A stretch of 64,000 nucleotides of DNA from Macrostomum lignano (lineage: Eukaryota). Every line of letters begins with the position of its first letter. The stretch's first letter is position 1. Location of the stretch: positions 1 to 64,000 of the forward strand of contig NIVC01000869.1 in the NCBI GenBank assembly GCA_002269645.1. Reading direction: 5' to 3'. The translations under genes and the position numbers were made by a program. Below the pieces are notes generated by a model. The model did no database searches and had not been told where the DNA came from. It saw nothing but the letters and a program-made list of their open reading frames with translations. Of this stretch, positions 35,334 to 46,927 are shown in pieces.

Positions 35334-36737
35334 ATAACTTTTGCTTGTGTTCAAAGTTTTATTTCCGTTCTGATCCCCAGCCTTATTTCCGCCGTTTCGT
35401 AAATTCTCTCCTTCGTTCATTCATTTGTTTGTTTGGCCTTGGGGTTGCATCCTCTGGCTTTTCGCTGCCTCGCCATCGCCGCACTCGGTTTGTCTTTGTC
35501 TTTGCCTCCCCTTCACTAATGCATCGGTTTGCGCGAGCCCGCGAGGGCTAACCGCTGTTAGTGCAAGGGGGGCTGTTTGGGTGCTGGCTGTCTGGTGGGG
35601 TGGTGGGTGCGTTGGTGCGTGCGCGTGCCTTTTTAGGCCGCCACCTTTGTGGCTGCGCGGGGTTGCTCGCGGTTGAATTTTTTTTTCCTCGCTAATTATA
35701 ATTTTTAATCAGTTTAATTCGTTTTAACAAGTCATGAAATAAATACGATCGACTGGGGGTTGCATCCTCTGGCTTTTCGCTGCCTCGCCATCGCCGCACT
35801 CGGTTTGTCTTTGTCTTTGCCTCCCCTTCACTAATGCAATGCATTTGATTTGCAATGCAAAATAAACTCAATGAACAAGAAGTACTATAAGCTGTGACCG
35901 TGTCTCTGCTGGCTAAAAGAAGGCATATATAAAACGGCTAAAGTTTGACGCCACGCGGAATTAGTCTATGGTCAACCCTATCTTAAACTTTCTCGTCCAC
36001 AACCAAAGCTCGACCTTAGCTAAGATCGAGGTTAGAAGTGACTCCTAAGTGTTTGTACAACGCATTTACGGCTCAGTCTTAAGTTCGAGCCTAAGTTGGA
36101 ACTTAGGAGTCAGTTTTAAGACGCAGTTCGTAAAACACCATGAATGAAATGATGGTGAAAGTGTGAATAATGAGGAGTTTAGTAATGGTTAATAATTAGG
36201 CCCTTAGGCAAAATAAACAGGCAATTAGGCGGCTTTACTATTGAATAAAATACAGCTAAGATACGGTAACACAATTGGCTCAGCTCTCTAAGCAAGCAAT
36301 GGGAAATAAGCAAACCCCGGACAAGCAAAGGCAATTAGAGCACAAATCAGTGCAGGAACTTACCGGCAGCTGCAGAGAGAGAGAGAGAGCGACGGAGTGA
36401 CCGAGGGCGACTGTTGGCTGCGAACAGGCAGGTAGTGAAGCGGCGATGCGCTGAAGCGACGAGGCGCTGATGTAGCTCAGGTGATGCTGAGGATGCTGGG
36501 CGGTATCAGACCGCGGGCCGGCAGATGAGCTCGCTTGGGGAGCTAAAGGAACTTGGCGGTATCAGACCGCGGACCGGCAGAGGTTCGTCCTATAGACAAA
36601 TGGGTCAGATCGACGTCTGACAGCAAGTCCAAAGAAGGACCACTTCGAAAAGAATCTGAGGGTTCTCATCATGGACAACTTAAACTGTCCCTGGTTGTCC
36701 CTGGTTCTCATGCCGAAAACCGCTTCTTTAAATAGAC

Positions 36738-37118
36738 TTGACACGGTGACTATTGATTGACACGGTGACTATTGACACGGTGACTATATTGACATGGTGA
36801 CTATTGACACGGTAACTGTTGACACGGTGACTATATTGACATGGTGACTATTGACACGGTGACTGTTGACACGTTGACTATATTGACATGGTGACTATTG
36901 ACACGGTGACTATTGACACGGTGACTATTGACACGGTGACTGTTGACATGGTGACTATTGACACGGTGACTATTGACACGGTGACTATATTGACATGGTG
37001 ACTATTGACACGGTGACTATTGACACGGTGACTATTGACACGGTGACTGTTGACACGGTGACTATTGACACGGTGACTGTTGACACGGTGACTGTTGACA
37101 CGGTGACAATTGACACAT
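36738..37118. repeat. 15-bp minisatellite (GACACGGTGACTATT)
   Basis: About 25 tandem units with minor variants. Confidence 0.95.
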
Positions 37119-38196
37119 TGGCGGGATTCCTAGACTTGCAATTCTGGCCGATTCCCACGGACCTTGCCGCTTGTGCGTCATCTGAAATATCTTACTTAGT
37201 ATTGGATGTAGTTGGATCCCCGCCCCGCATGAAAGACATAAAGACCCTTTAAAGTGGAAGCAGACTTTTAGGGCAGCCTGGACTCGCCCTTCACAATACC
37301 GTCATCAAGCACTTGTGGCTCTTTGTAAGAGTGCAGCTGTCCACAACTGCTACACTCCACCTCGCTCTGATAGCATTGCAATTTCCTAATTTCCTACCAT
37401 TTAATACCTAACCTAAATAGGATTCTTAATAGTCCCTACAATAGTCCCTAAATTATATTAGATTAGATATGATCCTTCATACTGAGGTAATTGAGGGCGA
37501 GTGTGGCGACCCCCCCCCCAGTCAATGGACTGAACAGCCGTACGCAGCGTAGCCTTCAGATGCGCCGCGCAATAGCTGCGGCTGAGCTGTCGGTTGCACA
37601 TCTGGCTCAATTGGGACAGGTGTAATCGAAATTTTTTATTATTTGTTTTATTATGCAAACAAGCTTATGTTTTACATTCACTCTGTTCATTCTGTTCACT
37701 CTGATAACGATTCGAACCAAAAATCATGCATGCCGTTATTTAAACCGCAACATGCAATTTTAGCCACTTCTTCAGTGTTATTTGAAACATGCAGGGCGCA
37801 GGCGGCACTGTATATCTGGACCTACCCTCTATACACTAGCTAAGAAGGCTAAACAGGCCCCTACACTTGAAGCACCGCCGCAATGACACAACACTCGGAT
37901 CAAACTTCTCGATAAGCCACGGTAGCCTTCTAATTATGCGCACAGCAAGCGGTGTTGTTTAGATATTCGCTGCGCATATTGTTTGCCACAACTGGGTTTC
38001 TGCTTAGTTAGTAGCCTCTGCAGTGAAGGATTCAACAGACAGAGCCAGCTGGCAAACTACCCTTAGAGCTGACAGGCAACGCTGCAACCCCAGCGCGGTT
38101 CTGTAGGTTAGTCCGCTGCCCTGGCCCTCCGACCCGACCCTGGATTGGGGAGGTGAGCGGGCTGAAATATTTGTGGCTAGACAAAGAGAAAGCAGA

Positions 38197-38325
38197 GCTT
38201 ATAAAGGAGTGCGACGGAGGGACGGACAGAGACGCCCCCACTTTGCAAGAAGCGGATCAGCTGTGGCCAGAAGAGCTCCACTCTTTAGTGTTCTTAAGAA
38301 CTGTTTTGCTAAGGAGATTTGAAGG
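38197..38325 (+). promoter_or_regulatory. Candidate FTCD TATA box and non-coding first exon
   Basis: CTTATAAAGG near 38197, strong donor GAAG|GTAAGT at 38325, acceptor TTTTTTGTTCTCAG| at 38400, 20 nt before the ATG. Confidence 0.4.
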
Positions 38326-38420
38326 TAAGTAAGGTCCTGCGTGGGTCCTGAGAGTTTTGCGCGTGTATGGTCCTCAAAGCTTATCTTTTTTTGTTCTCAG
38401 TCGAGCAGTGGAGCAGCACA

Positions 38421-41179
38421 ATGTCGCAGAAGCTGATTGAGTGCGTGCCGAACTTCTCTGAGGGCCGCTGCAAGGACACCATCGACCGCATTGCTGCCGC
38501 TATCTCAGTCACTAAGAGCGTCAAACTTCTGGATGTGGACCCCGGCGCATCCACCAACCGCACCGTGTACACCTTCGTGGGCGGTCCAGAAGATGTTGTA
38601 GAGGCGGCCTTCAATGCCGCTCGCGTCGCCCAACAGCTGATTGACATGCGGAATCACAGCGGTAAGGGTTGTGTTCACTTTTGACATCAAGGTTCGAGGT
38701 ATTCACTTGATACCATCCTACCTGGTATATTCTACTCCTCTATATGAATCGTGTTGACGATATGACGATGTAATTTCATTTTTAAATATTTTCTGCTTCT
38801 ACAATATCACAAGTTTCATACCGCACATTTTCCTCTAAAATGTTGCGATACTGCACTGTAACTCACTAAAATATTGATATGATATTGACTATGAATAGCA
38901 TCATCTCATAACCGAGCTAATCCCGATGATGCTGCCTTTACAATCAAGATAATGGCTTGACCAAGCTAAGACAAAGGTATTGCAAAAAATAAAGCACACG
39001 TTTTGATCCCTACTATCCCGAATTTCAGGCGAGCACCCGCGTCTAGGCGCCATGGATGTCTGCCCGTTCGTGCCCGTCCGCAACACCACTACCGAGGACT
39101 GCGTGGACTGTGCGCGGCGACTCGGCGAGCGCCTCGGTCGCGAGCTGGACGTCCCGATCTTTCTCTACGGCTTTGCGGCCTCCGCGGACTACAGACGCAG
39201 CGTGCCGCAGATCCGCAGCGGGGAGTACGAAGGACTGGCAGCTCGCCTTGGCCAGCCGGAGTGGCGGCCAGACTTCGGACCGGCAGAGTCGCGTCCGGCC
39301 TGGGGCGCCTCAATGGTCGGCGCCCGAAAGTTCCTCATCGCGTACAACATAAACCTACTGGGCACCAAGGAGCAGGCGCACCGCATCGCGCTGAACATCC
39401 GCGAGCAGGGCCGCGGCCCAGGACAGCCCGGACGTCTGACTGGAGTGCAGGGTATCGGCTGGTACCTTGACGAGCACAATCTGGCCCAGGTGTCCGTCAA
39501 TATTCTCGACTTTGAGGTGAGCTTTTCGAAACACTAAGAACACATCATTCTTCTTATCCTAGTGAATCGCTTTTTTGTGCTCGAGCGATAAAGCTATTAA
39601 GAACTGGGCTTCTAATAGACAAAATATTCATCTGTGTCTAGCTATGATACTTGTTAGATTTATCACGTGTTCTTGTTCTTGAATCGTAGGATGAAGAAGC
39701 CAAGCCATTCTTCGGGTTGTGTCAATTCATAACCACAATGCTGCTTTACGTGTGGAAAAGGATGGCTGCGAAATACTTCTAGTCTGATGCTAAGCAGCAG
39801 CTATTTTTAAAGTTAAATAGTTGCACGTATTTGTGCAACGCTCTGGGCCATGCCTTTCCATGCGTTCCCATTCAGCCACTAGTGCCTCGGTCAACTCTGT
39901 GGCTCGGGCTGTCTTGTTCCCACGTTACCCCAAACTTGGGTGCTGACCACTTTACTTTTTAGCACATTCTAGCCAATGCGATTCTCCCCAACTCGAGTGC
40001 AAGTGGGAGCGCTGTGAGTGCATTATGTCGGAAAGCCAAAACGCAGTTTTGTTGTTTTTGTTGACCTTTATTTCGTACTGTTTCGTCTTCAGTCCCGGCC
40101 GTTCCTGATCATGGGAGGCTCATGATCTTCAATTCCGAGCCTGCAGATAAACCTTGCTAAACCTTTGCCAGGTGACTCCGCTGCACCGAGTGTTCAAGGA
40201 GTGTTGCAGCGACGCGGCAAAGCTCGGCCTGGCCGTGGCGGGCTCCCAGGCGGTCGGCCTGCTGCCGCTGAAGTCTCTGCTGGACTGTGCCGAGTACTAC
40301 GCAGCCGAGGAAGGCCTCATGCTTCTTGACGAGGACCAGCGGGTGCGTCTGGCCGTTGACAGGCTGGGCCTTGCGTCGCTTGGTCCCTTCGATCCAAAGC
40401 AGCGCGTCATCGAGTATCTGGTTGACAGCGGAGTTGCTGGGCCGCTGGCTGGCCTGAGTGTCGGTGCCTTCGTCCGCGCCGTCGGCTCGCGAACGCCGGC
40501 GCCGGGAGGCGGCTCAGTTAGCGCTCTAGTCGGCGCCTTGGGTGTCGGGCTTGGAGCCATGGGCGGCCTTCTCACCTACGGAAATCGGCGCTTCGAACAC
40601 CTGGACGGCAAAATGCGCCAGCTCCTGCCGCCGATGTACTCCGGCTGCCGCGGTCTGCTGCCATTTGTTGACCGGGATACCGAAGCCTTCGATGCCTACA
40701 TGGCGGCCTGCAAAGCCAAGGCGGAGCCGGCAAAGCAGCAGGAATTGCTGCGCGACTGCGCGCTGGTTCCGCTTGAACTCGCCAGGGAGGTGGCGGCCCG
40801 CTGGGAGCAGCTTGAAGAGCTGGCCAAAGTTGTCAACCTCAACTGCCGATCTGATGTGCAGGTGAGCGGACGAGAAGCTCCATCACTCGGCAGTGAATCT
40901 TGATTCACTCAGTGTCTGGTCAGTCAGACCTGACCATGAGAATGAGCCAGAATTACCTGGATTTATCATGAGTTTCCCCCCTTTTTCCGCTCCCAGGTGG
41001 CAGCCAAGTGCATGGAGACAGCGATCTTTGGCGCATGCTGCAATGTTCGCACGAATCTCGTGAGCGTTGAAGACGCCGATTTCAAAGCGAAAACGGACGC
41101 CGAGGCAGAGGAACTTCAAAAGCACGCAGCTGAGAAATGCCAGGCTGTGCTGAAGCTCCTGGATGACCGAAAGGAGTGA
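38421..41179 (+). CDS. FTCD: Formimidoyltransferase-cyclodeaminase (4 coding exons, 533 aa)
   Basis: Exons 38421-38661, 39029-39516, 40172-40861 and 40997-41179 sum to 1602 nt. Motifs: [52 protein letters not shown]. Confidence 0.96.
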
Positions 41180-41300
41180 ACTTTCTGCTTGAAGCGCTTG
41201 ACAATGCGCAGTTCTCTCTCATGTGGAGGACTAAATCGGCTTTTTCAATAGGTAGCTCGTACATCAATCATTAAATTGTGCACTCATTTATTAGGTGTCA

Positions 41301-42870
41301 TTATTCAATAAAATTGTGATACTGTTCCCTGAACGAATTGAGGGTAGCCTTAAGAACCTCTCTTCGACTGATAACTACGTCCAGTATCGGACTGAATGTT
41401 TCATAAAATTTATCGGACCGGAGCATTTCAATCATATGCCATCTATTGCACAAACGACTGCTTAAAGAAGCGCTTTTCAATCTGAAAATCAGAAACAAAT
41501 CTTGCGGATGTGAAGGGAAGAAAAGCAGAACTTCGAAAAGCATATTAAACTGTGCGTTACCAAGGGCATGTGGCGTAGAGAGAGGCGAAACTGACTACCA
41601 TTTTCTACCGTTTACTGACTACCAGCTTCAAAAAAATTGACATAAGTTGCATAAGTACCAAAATTTCAAACTTTGCATATGGTAATGCACATGGAGTTCA
41701 GATTTAGTACCATCCAAGAACGAAAGAAAGAGAAGGATTGAGAGTAGAGTGGGGCAACTAAGGGCGTAAAGGCGCTTTTTGGTCTCGGAGTGAGTAAAGT
41801 ACTACACTTGGTACTCAGTACACAATAAAAACACTTAACAAACTGTAGCCGGGACTTACAACTTTAAAACTGATAGGACTTGGGAGAGCTGATTGAGGAG
41901 CGAACGGTGACAAGAAAGGAATGAACGAAAAACCGGAACCATTGCTCGGCCGTGACTCCCGTTTAGACTACGTTGGTCTAGTAGCCGTTCAATCTGTAGA
42001 TCGTTGCGCACGTTTATAGACTAGGCACTTAAGCTAGTACATCTTCTGTAGCTTTCTGTTGAAATAGCATTTGTCGCGGATGTTTCAGCTCAAAGAACTT
42101 GGACAGATTGCTGACCAAGGGACCCATTTATTGCATCATGCAACGAATGAAATAGCTATTTGGTATTTATATTTCCACAGTGTATGCATCAATGCAAAGT
42201 AGGTGCGTTGCAACTTTGAGGTGAAATACACGATGATGTACGCCTCCCGTCACCAGCCACCAATGATTTTAACCCTAAAGCTGCCGGGACCAGCCAGTTT
42301 TGCGCGTCCTACGGCCTGTCGCAGCATGTCCTCAATGGGGGTGTTTTCCTCTGACTTCAAAGCCCTGCCCCTAGGGAGTCACTAAGGAGCTCGCGGCCAG
42401 GCTAGAGCGAGTCACCGATGCTGGTCCGCGGTAATCGTAGTTTTGAAGCAAATGAGCACCAGCGCGTGACTGCTAAACTCCTGGGGCGACCGTTTTCTGT
42501 TCCGCACCTTGGGCATTGCTGCCCGTATCGCAAGCGTTGCATACAGCCAGGGTGTTCTCGTGTTTGAGTCCGGCAGCACGCTTCTTCAAGTGATCTGTGT
42601 GACACGCCTGACTTATGCACTGCTGACTGAGCGAGAAAGCCATTGATAGGAGTCTGCTAAGACGGCGTACATGTACGAGTTCATGAGTAACTGGGATGTC
42701 ACCTCGGCTGTTTCGTCCGCGCTCGCAGTTATTTATTTTCAAGTTTATTCTGGGCAAATTCAAGTTAAAAGGTTATCACAGCCGCATGGAATACGGCATA
42801 TGCCGCATGTATGCAAAAAGAAGGTAAGAGATGTCATTCGAGTAGCGCTCACCTGGCTGTCACCGCGGCT
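41301..42870 (-). CDS. Putative unidentified multi-exon gene convergent with FTCD
   Basis: Short protein-like open segments with splice-like ends (RWHMIEMLRSDKFYETFSPILDVV; VRNDLQIERLLDQ; LVSNLSKFFELKHP; ALKSEENTPIEDMLRQAVG). No family recognised. Confidence 0.3.
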
Positions 42871-43406
42871 ATGAATCCAAGCCAAATCATGCATTTATTT
42901 GTCTGACAGCAATATAAAGCTGATCTTATAAGAATGTATTTATTAAAGCGGTGCAAATAGAGGTGCAGAGTTGAATTTGACGACTTTTACATACTCTATG
43001 GAGGGAAGCATTTGAAAATCCCTTTTCCCTTCTATTCCAGAGACAGGTGAGCCATTTTAGTGTCCCATATGCCCTAAGAGGTCTCCCATGACTCCAAGGG
43101 GATGCCCCTCTTGCCCCCAAAGACTTCTCCATGACCCCCCGTAAGGATTTCCCTATTGCCCCTGAAAAGGTGTCACTTTAAAAACACCTGAGATTTCCGT
43201 GTAGACTCAAAGCTACTTCGGTTGAGCCCAACGCTTGAGTATGCAGCACATAGCCAAAATGGGATATGCAGCGATAACACGGAAAAAATTATAATTTTGT
43301 GCAACACACCAATGAATGATCTGATTTCTTCATGAAGTGTCATAGGCATGCATACCTTGTATCAATTGAATGAAAAAGCAGTGCTGAAAAATTCGATAAC
43401 AGTTAG

Positions 43407-43754
43407 TTATAAGTACAGCGCGGTGACCATAGCAGCAAATGTCGACGCCATCACCATGGCAACGCCGGCAGCAGGGCGCGCAGGCCCGGCGTTGCACAGG
43501 GCAGTGTTGCAGCAGTACACCATCTTGGGAATCGAGGTGCAGGAGCTCACGGCGGCCCTGCTGGTCTCGCCCAGCGTCACCGACTTGCGGCAGTAGCGGC
43601 CCGTGGCAGTGGGGGTGGTGATGCCCACCGAGCTGCACTGGTCGCACGAGAAGCACAGGGTGTCGCCTTCCTTTACTTGCGCCGTGGCTGGGGCTGCGAA
43701 GGCCACGAGCAGAAGGCTGACTGCCAGGACTTGAGCCAGAGGGTTTGCTAGCAT
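43407..43754 (-). CDS. Ly6/uPAR three-finger-fold protein, secreted and probably GPI-anchored
   Basis: Signal peptide (MLANPLAQVLAVSLLLVAFAAPATA), LCFSC start, 8 Cys, terminal CCNTALCN motif, hydrophobic C-terminal tail. Confidence 0.85.
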   Translation of the reverse strand: MLANPLAQVLAVSLLLVAFAAPATAQVKEGDTLCFSCDQCSSVGITTPTATGRYCRKSVTLGETSRAAVSSCTSIPKMVYCCNTALCNAGPARPAAGVAMVMASTFAAMVTALYL

Positions 43755-46700
43755 GGTTGCGGGCTTCTGGGTTTGGCAAGCAGAGATTTCTTGGAATTGC
43801 GATCCGCGGCTTCTCAGGGTCCTGCACAGGCGGAGCACAGCTATAAATTATTTTGCCCGTGGCGCATGGATTACTGCACCTAAGCATCTGGATTGGAAAC
43901 CGCTGTTCATTTAACATCGCTATTCCCAGCCCGCGTGTCAATACATTGTGCTCCATGGAACTCCTGGCTTTTTCTGTTTCAATGACTAACAAATGCTTTA
44001 CACACTTGGGTGTGCGCAGCTTGGACATATCCTTTCCCATCAAGTTTGTGCTTTAGTAGTCCATGAAGTCTATTTGTCAGCTTGGGGGTAGAATGTACGC
44101 TCAGCAATGTTTCTGTTGAGAGCGGCGTCATAGATTAACAACTGGTTAATCGCCCACAATGCCCTGGGCTCAGCAACTACCCACACACAAGCAGCAATTG
44201 TTATTCTCCGAAAAAGCTCTGGCGCCAGGGGGCAGCAGGGAGGGTGAGTTGTGCATTCGGTCCTGAGGCTTAGGGCTTTATTCTGCCCTGGCTGCTGTGT
44301 CAGAGTGGAGACGCGAGCCAGTATTTTTGCAAGTTCTTCTTTGCAAGCTTGGAATTTTCTATTGCTTTCATGGAGGACAATCGAGAGGTATTTTCACAGC
44401 TCTTGTTCTTTCGACTGGAACGGCCCGAGGGAGCAAAGGTCCTGCAGCGGGCTCTTGAGCATGAGATAAGATCGAGCAGAAAGAGATCTAAATGCACAAA
44501 GCTTACTCGGAAAAGCGTTATCTAAAGGCTTTTCAAGAATAGGTAAACAGCTTGTTGATCAAACAAAGTACTTTTACATTCTGCCAAGAAAATACCCCCA
44601 ACGTACGGACAAGTCTCTGACGTCACCTGTGTATCCAGCGCCACCAAGTCTCAGTGTGACCTTCAACTGCCCCATTTTTCATCTTCGCGCAAGCCTCCAG
44701 AGTCACCTTAAACTGCCGCCCCTGCCATCTTAGCCATGCCTCCAGAGTCACCTCCAGCTGCTCCACGTGCTTCAGCCGTCACCTGAACGTACGATACGAT
44801 ACAGTACAGCACAGAGCCAACTTGCTGTCAAACCGGGATGCAGTGAGTTAAAGCACTAAAAAGACTCCACAGCGGGATAGTTCGACTTTTTAAGCAATTT
44901 CAAATGAATTTGAATTCTCTAAAGAAATATATTTGCCAGTATATTGAGCACTTTGAACAAGCTTGTAATATTTAATTCGCAACAGTTCTGACAAATTTCA
45001 AAAAGCAAAAAATTGCCGAATTAACAAAGGAAATGACTTTTTTGCAGCATCAGCACAGTGGGTGTTGGTGCACCTTCCGCGGTGACAGCTTCAACCCCCG
45101 CAACCAGCGAGGCCAGCAGTCACGCCCATCCGCTGACCCCTGGCACGGATACATCCGAAGTCACGCATCACCCATTGGAGTGTCATCTGGCTTAACTTTC
45201 CAAGAATCAAGAATTTAGCTCAAGGACGCCAAAATAAGCCAAAATGAGTGCCTGCAGCGCCCAAAATCAGTACTAAAAGCGGATTACCAACACCAATTCC
45301 CAAAATAATATAGGAATTTTGCGTATAGGATTTTTGGTTTAGTTCCCCCGCAACCATGCCCCCAACCATATCATCCATGGCGGCACCCCTGCTGCAGTGC
45401 ATATACTGTCAATCGTTGTCAGTGTACATAATGATATCCTAAAAAAGTCGAGCTTCTTAAACCGAAAAACTAAAGAAGTGAAACCACGTACCGGACGTGC
45501 CAGATGGAGCGGTGGTGAACTCGAAAGGTAGCTCAGAAACAATCAGAGTGGAACATTGGCACTAAACTGACCAGCAAAGTGAAAGGCGGCAGCTAATCAG
45601 CAACAAAGACTAAGCCTGAAATCAAGAAAAATACTAGAAGAAAATAGCAAGGCTCGGAAATATAAAGTGCAACTCCGTGCAGGCGCACAGCGCAATGAAA
45701 AGAGTTTAAAACGAAATAGTGGACCGTTTGAGGCCCCATCTGCTGAGACACAAGAGGCTATTATAAAAAACATATGAACACAAACACAAGAGGTCAAATG
45801 AGTTCAATCCAAGTCGCACAAGGTCCCAAGGGGTCAATCCAAGTCACAGTGGGTCAACCCATATCTCACGGGGTCAATCCAGATCAAGGTCAAACCAGGG
45901 CACCCGAAGCGACACAAGTCGGCCTCAGGTCCACATGGGTCATGCAAAGTTACACTCCGCCGCAGAGCAACTACTCTAACGCGTTAAAGCAGTCACAGCG
46001 AATGAAAGTGACATTGGTCATATCGAATTAGACATCTCCAAGGTCGCTGCAGCTCACACCATTGAGTTGTCGCCACTGAATCCCATCGCTCTCGCCTCAC
46101 GCCGAAGCGCTGCCAGCATCGTCACTCGGGGATCCTCGGCAGCCGAGTCCCGAATCAGGTCCCACTCGTCGCTGTTGGGGTTCGGGGCCCGGGGCTCCAC
46201 CGAGATAAGCACTGCGGATCGGCCAGACTCCGGCAGTGCCTCATCCCGCTGCTGCTCCGACAGCCGCTTGTGGTGCAGCTCCGCCTGGGCCAGGAGGTCC
46301 CGCTCGCTCAGGTTGAAGTGCTTCTCCTGGTCCTGGCGAGTTTGGCATGCATTGAGAGCCTTGAATAAGGCGAGAGCCTTGGATGCACTTGAGACAGGGG
46401 AGACACTGCCCGGTGTAAAAAGTAAAGTCCGAAGGACTCTTATTTGTCAGAGTCCGATAGTATCTTAGCGGTACGACCTTATCTGAGTCCCATGGCCTCT
46501 GATTTCAGGCCGACAAGGGAATGACCGCGGACTGAGAAAGGACTCGTTTTCGCTTACTAGTTTTGCTACTTTTAGTAGGCCACTCAGCCTTTTCTCTTTT
46601 ATCACAAAGATTCAGATAGTTTTTTAACATTTATTACTATTGCATTCATGTGGCTGCTGCCCACATCAGCTATTACGAGCGTATGTATGTATTTAAAAAA

Positions 46701-46927
46701 GTAATAGATAAGTAATAATATTTAGCACGAAAAGATAGTAGGCAATAAATACATGCAAAAATTCTGCAAAACCCAATAAAAAAACTAAGATTGACTAAAA
46801 TTGTTAGTAATAAATAAGTACGAGTAGTTCGATCAAACAGGCTGTTCAGTAAATAGTATTAACTTTCACTGTCCATAGTAATAGATATAAGTACGAGTAG
46901 TTCAAACGGGATGTTCAGTAAATAGTA

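Larger units (their letters stand above)
31367..35838 (+). mobile_element. Ngaro-type DIRS (tyrosine recombinase) retrotransposon, apparently intact
   Basis: Split direct repeats A1 (31367-31532), ORFs, B1 (35441-35523), A2 (35519-35684), B2 (35756-35838). A1 and A2 look identical by eye. Three ORFs: gag-like, RT/RH and YR. Confidence 0.93.
29602..36139. mobile_element. Putative Harbinger-like non-autonomous element acting as container for two nested insertions
   Basis: Short inverted ends GGTGCTTTACGAAC / GTTCGTAAAACACC and similar CTTAGG/CCTAAG-rich sequence at 29602-29715, 31112-31260 and 35960-36139. No TSD found. Confidence 0.4.

Noticed and set aside
44251-46468. Short coiled-coil-like minus-strand ORF pieces
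   Set aside because: No recognisable motif; probably old TE debris.
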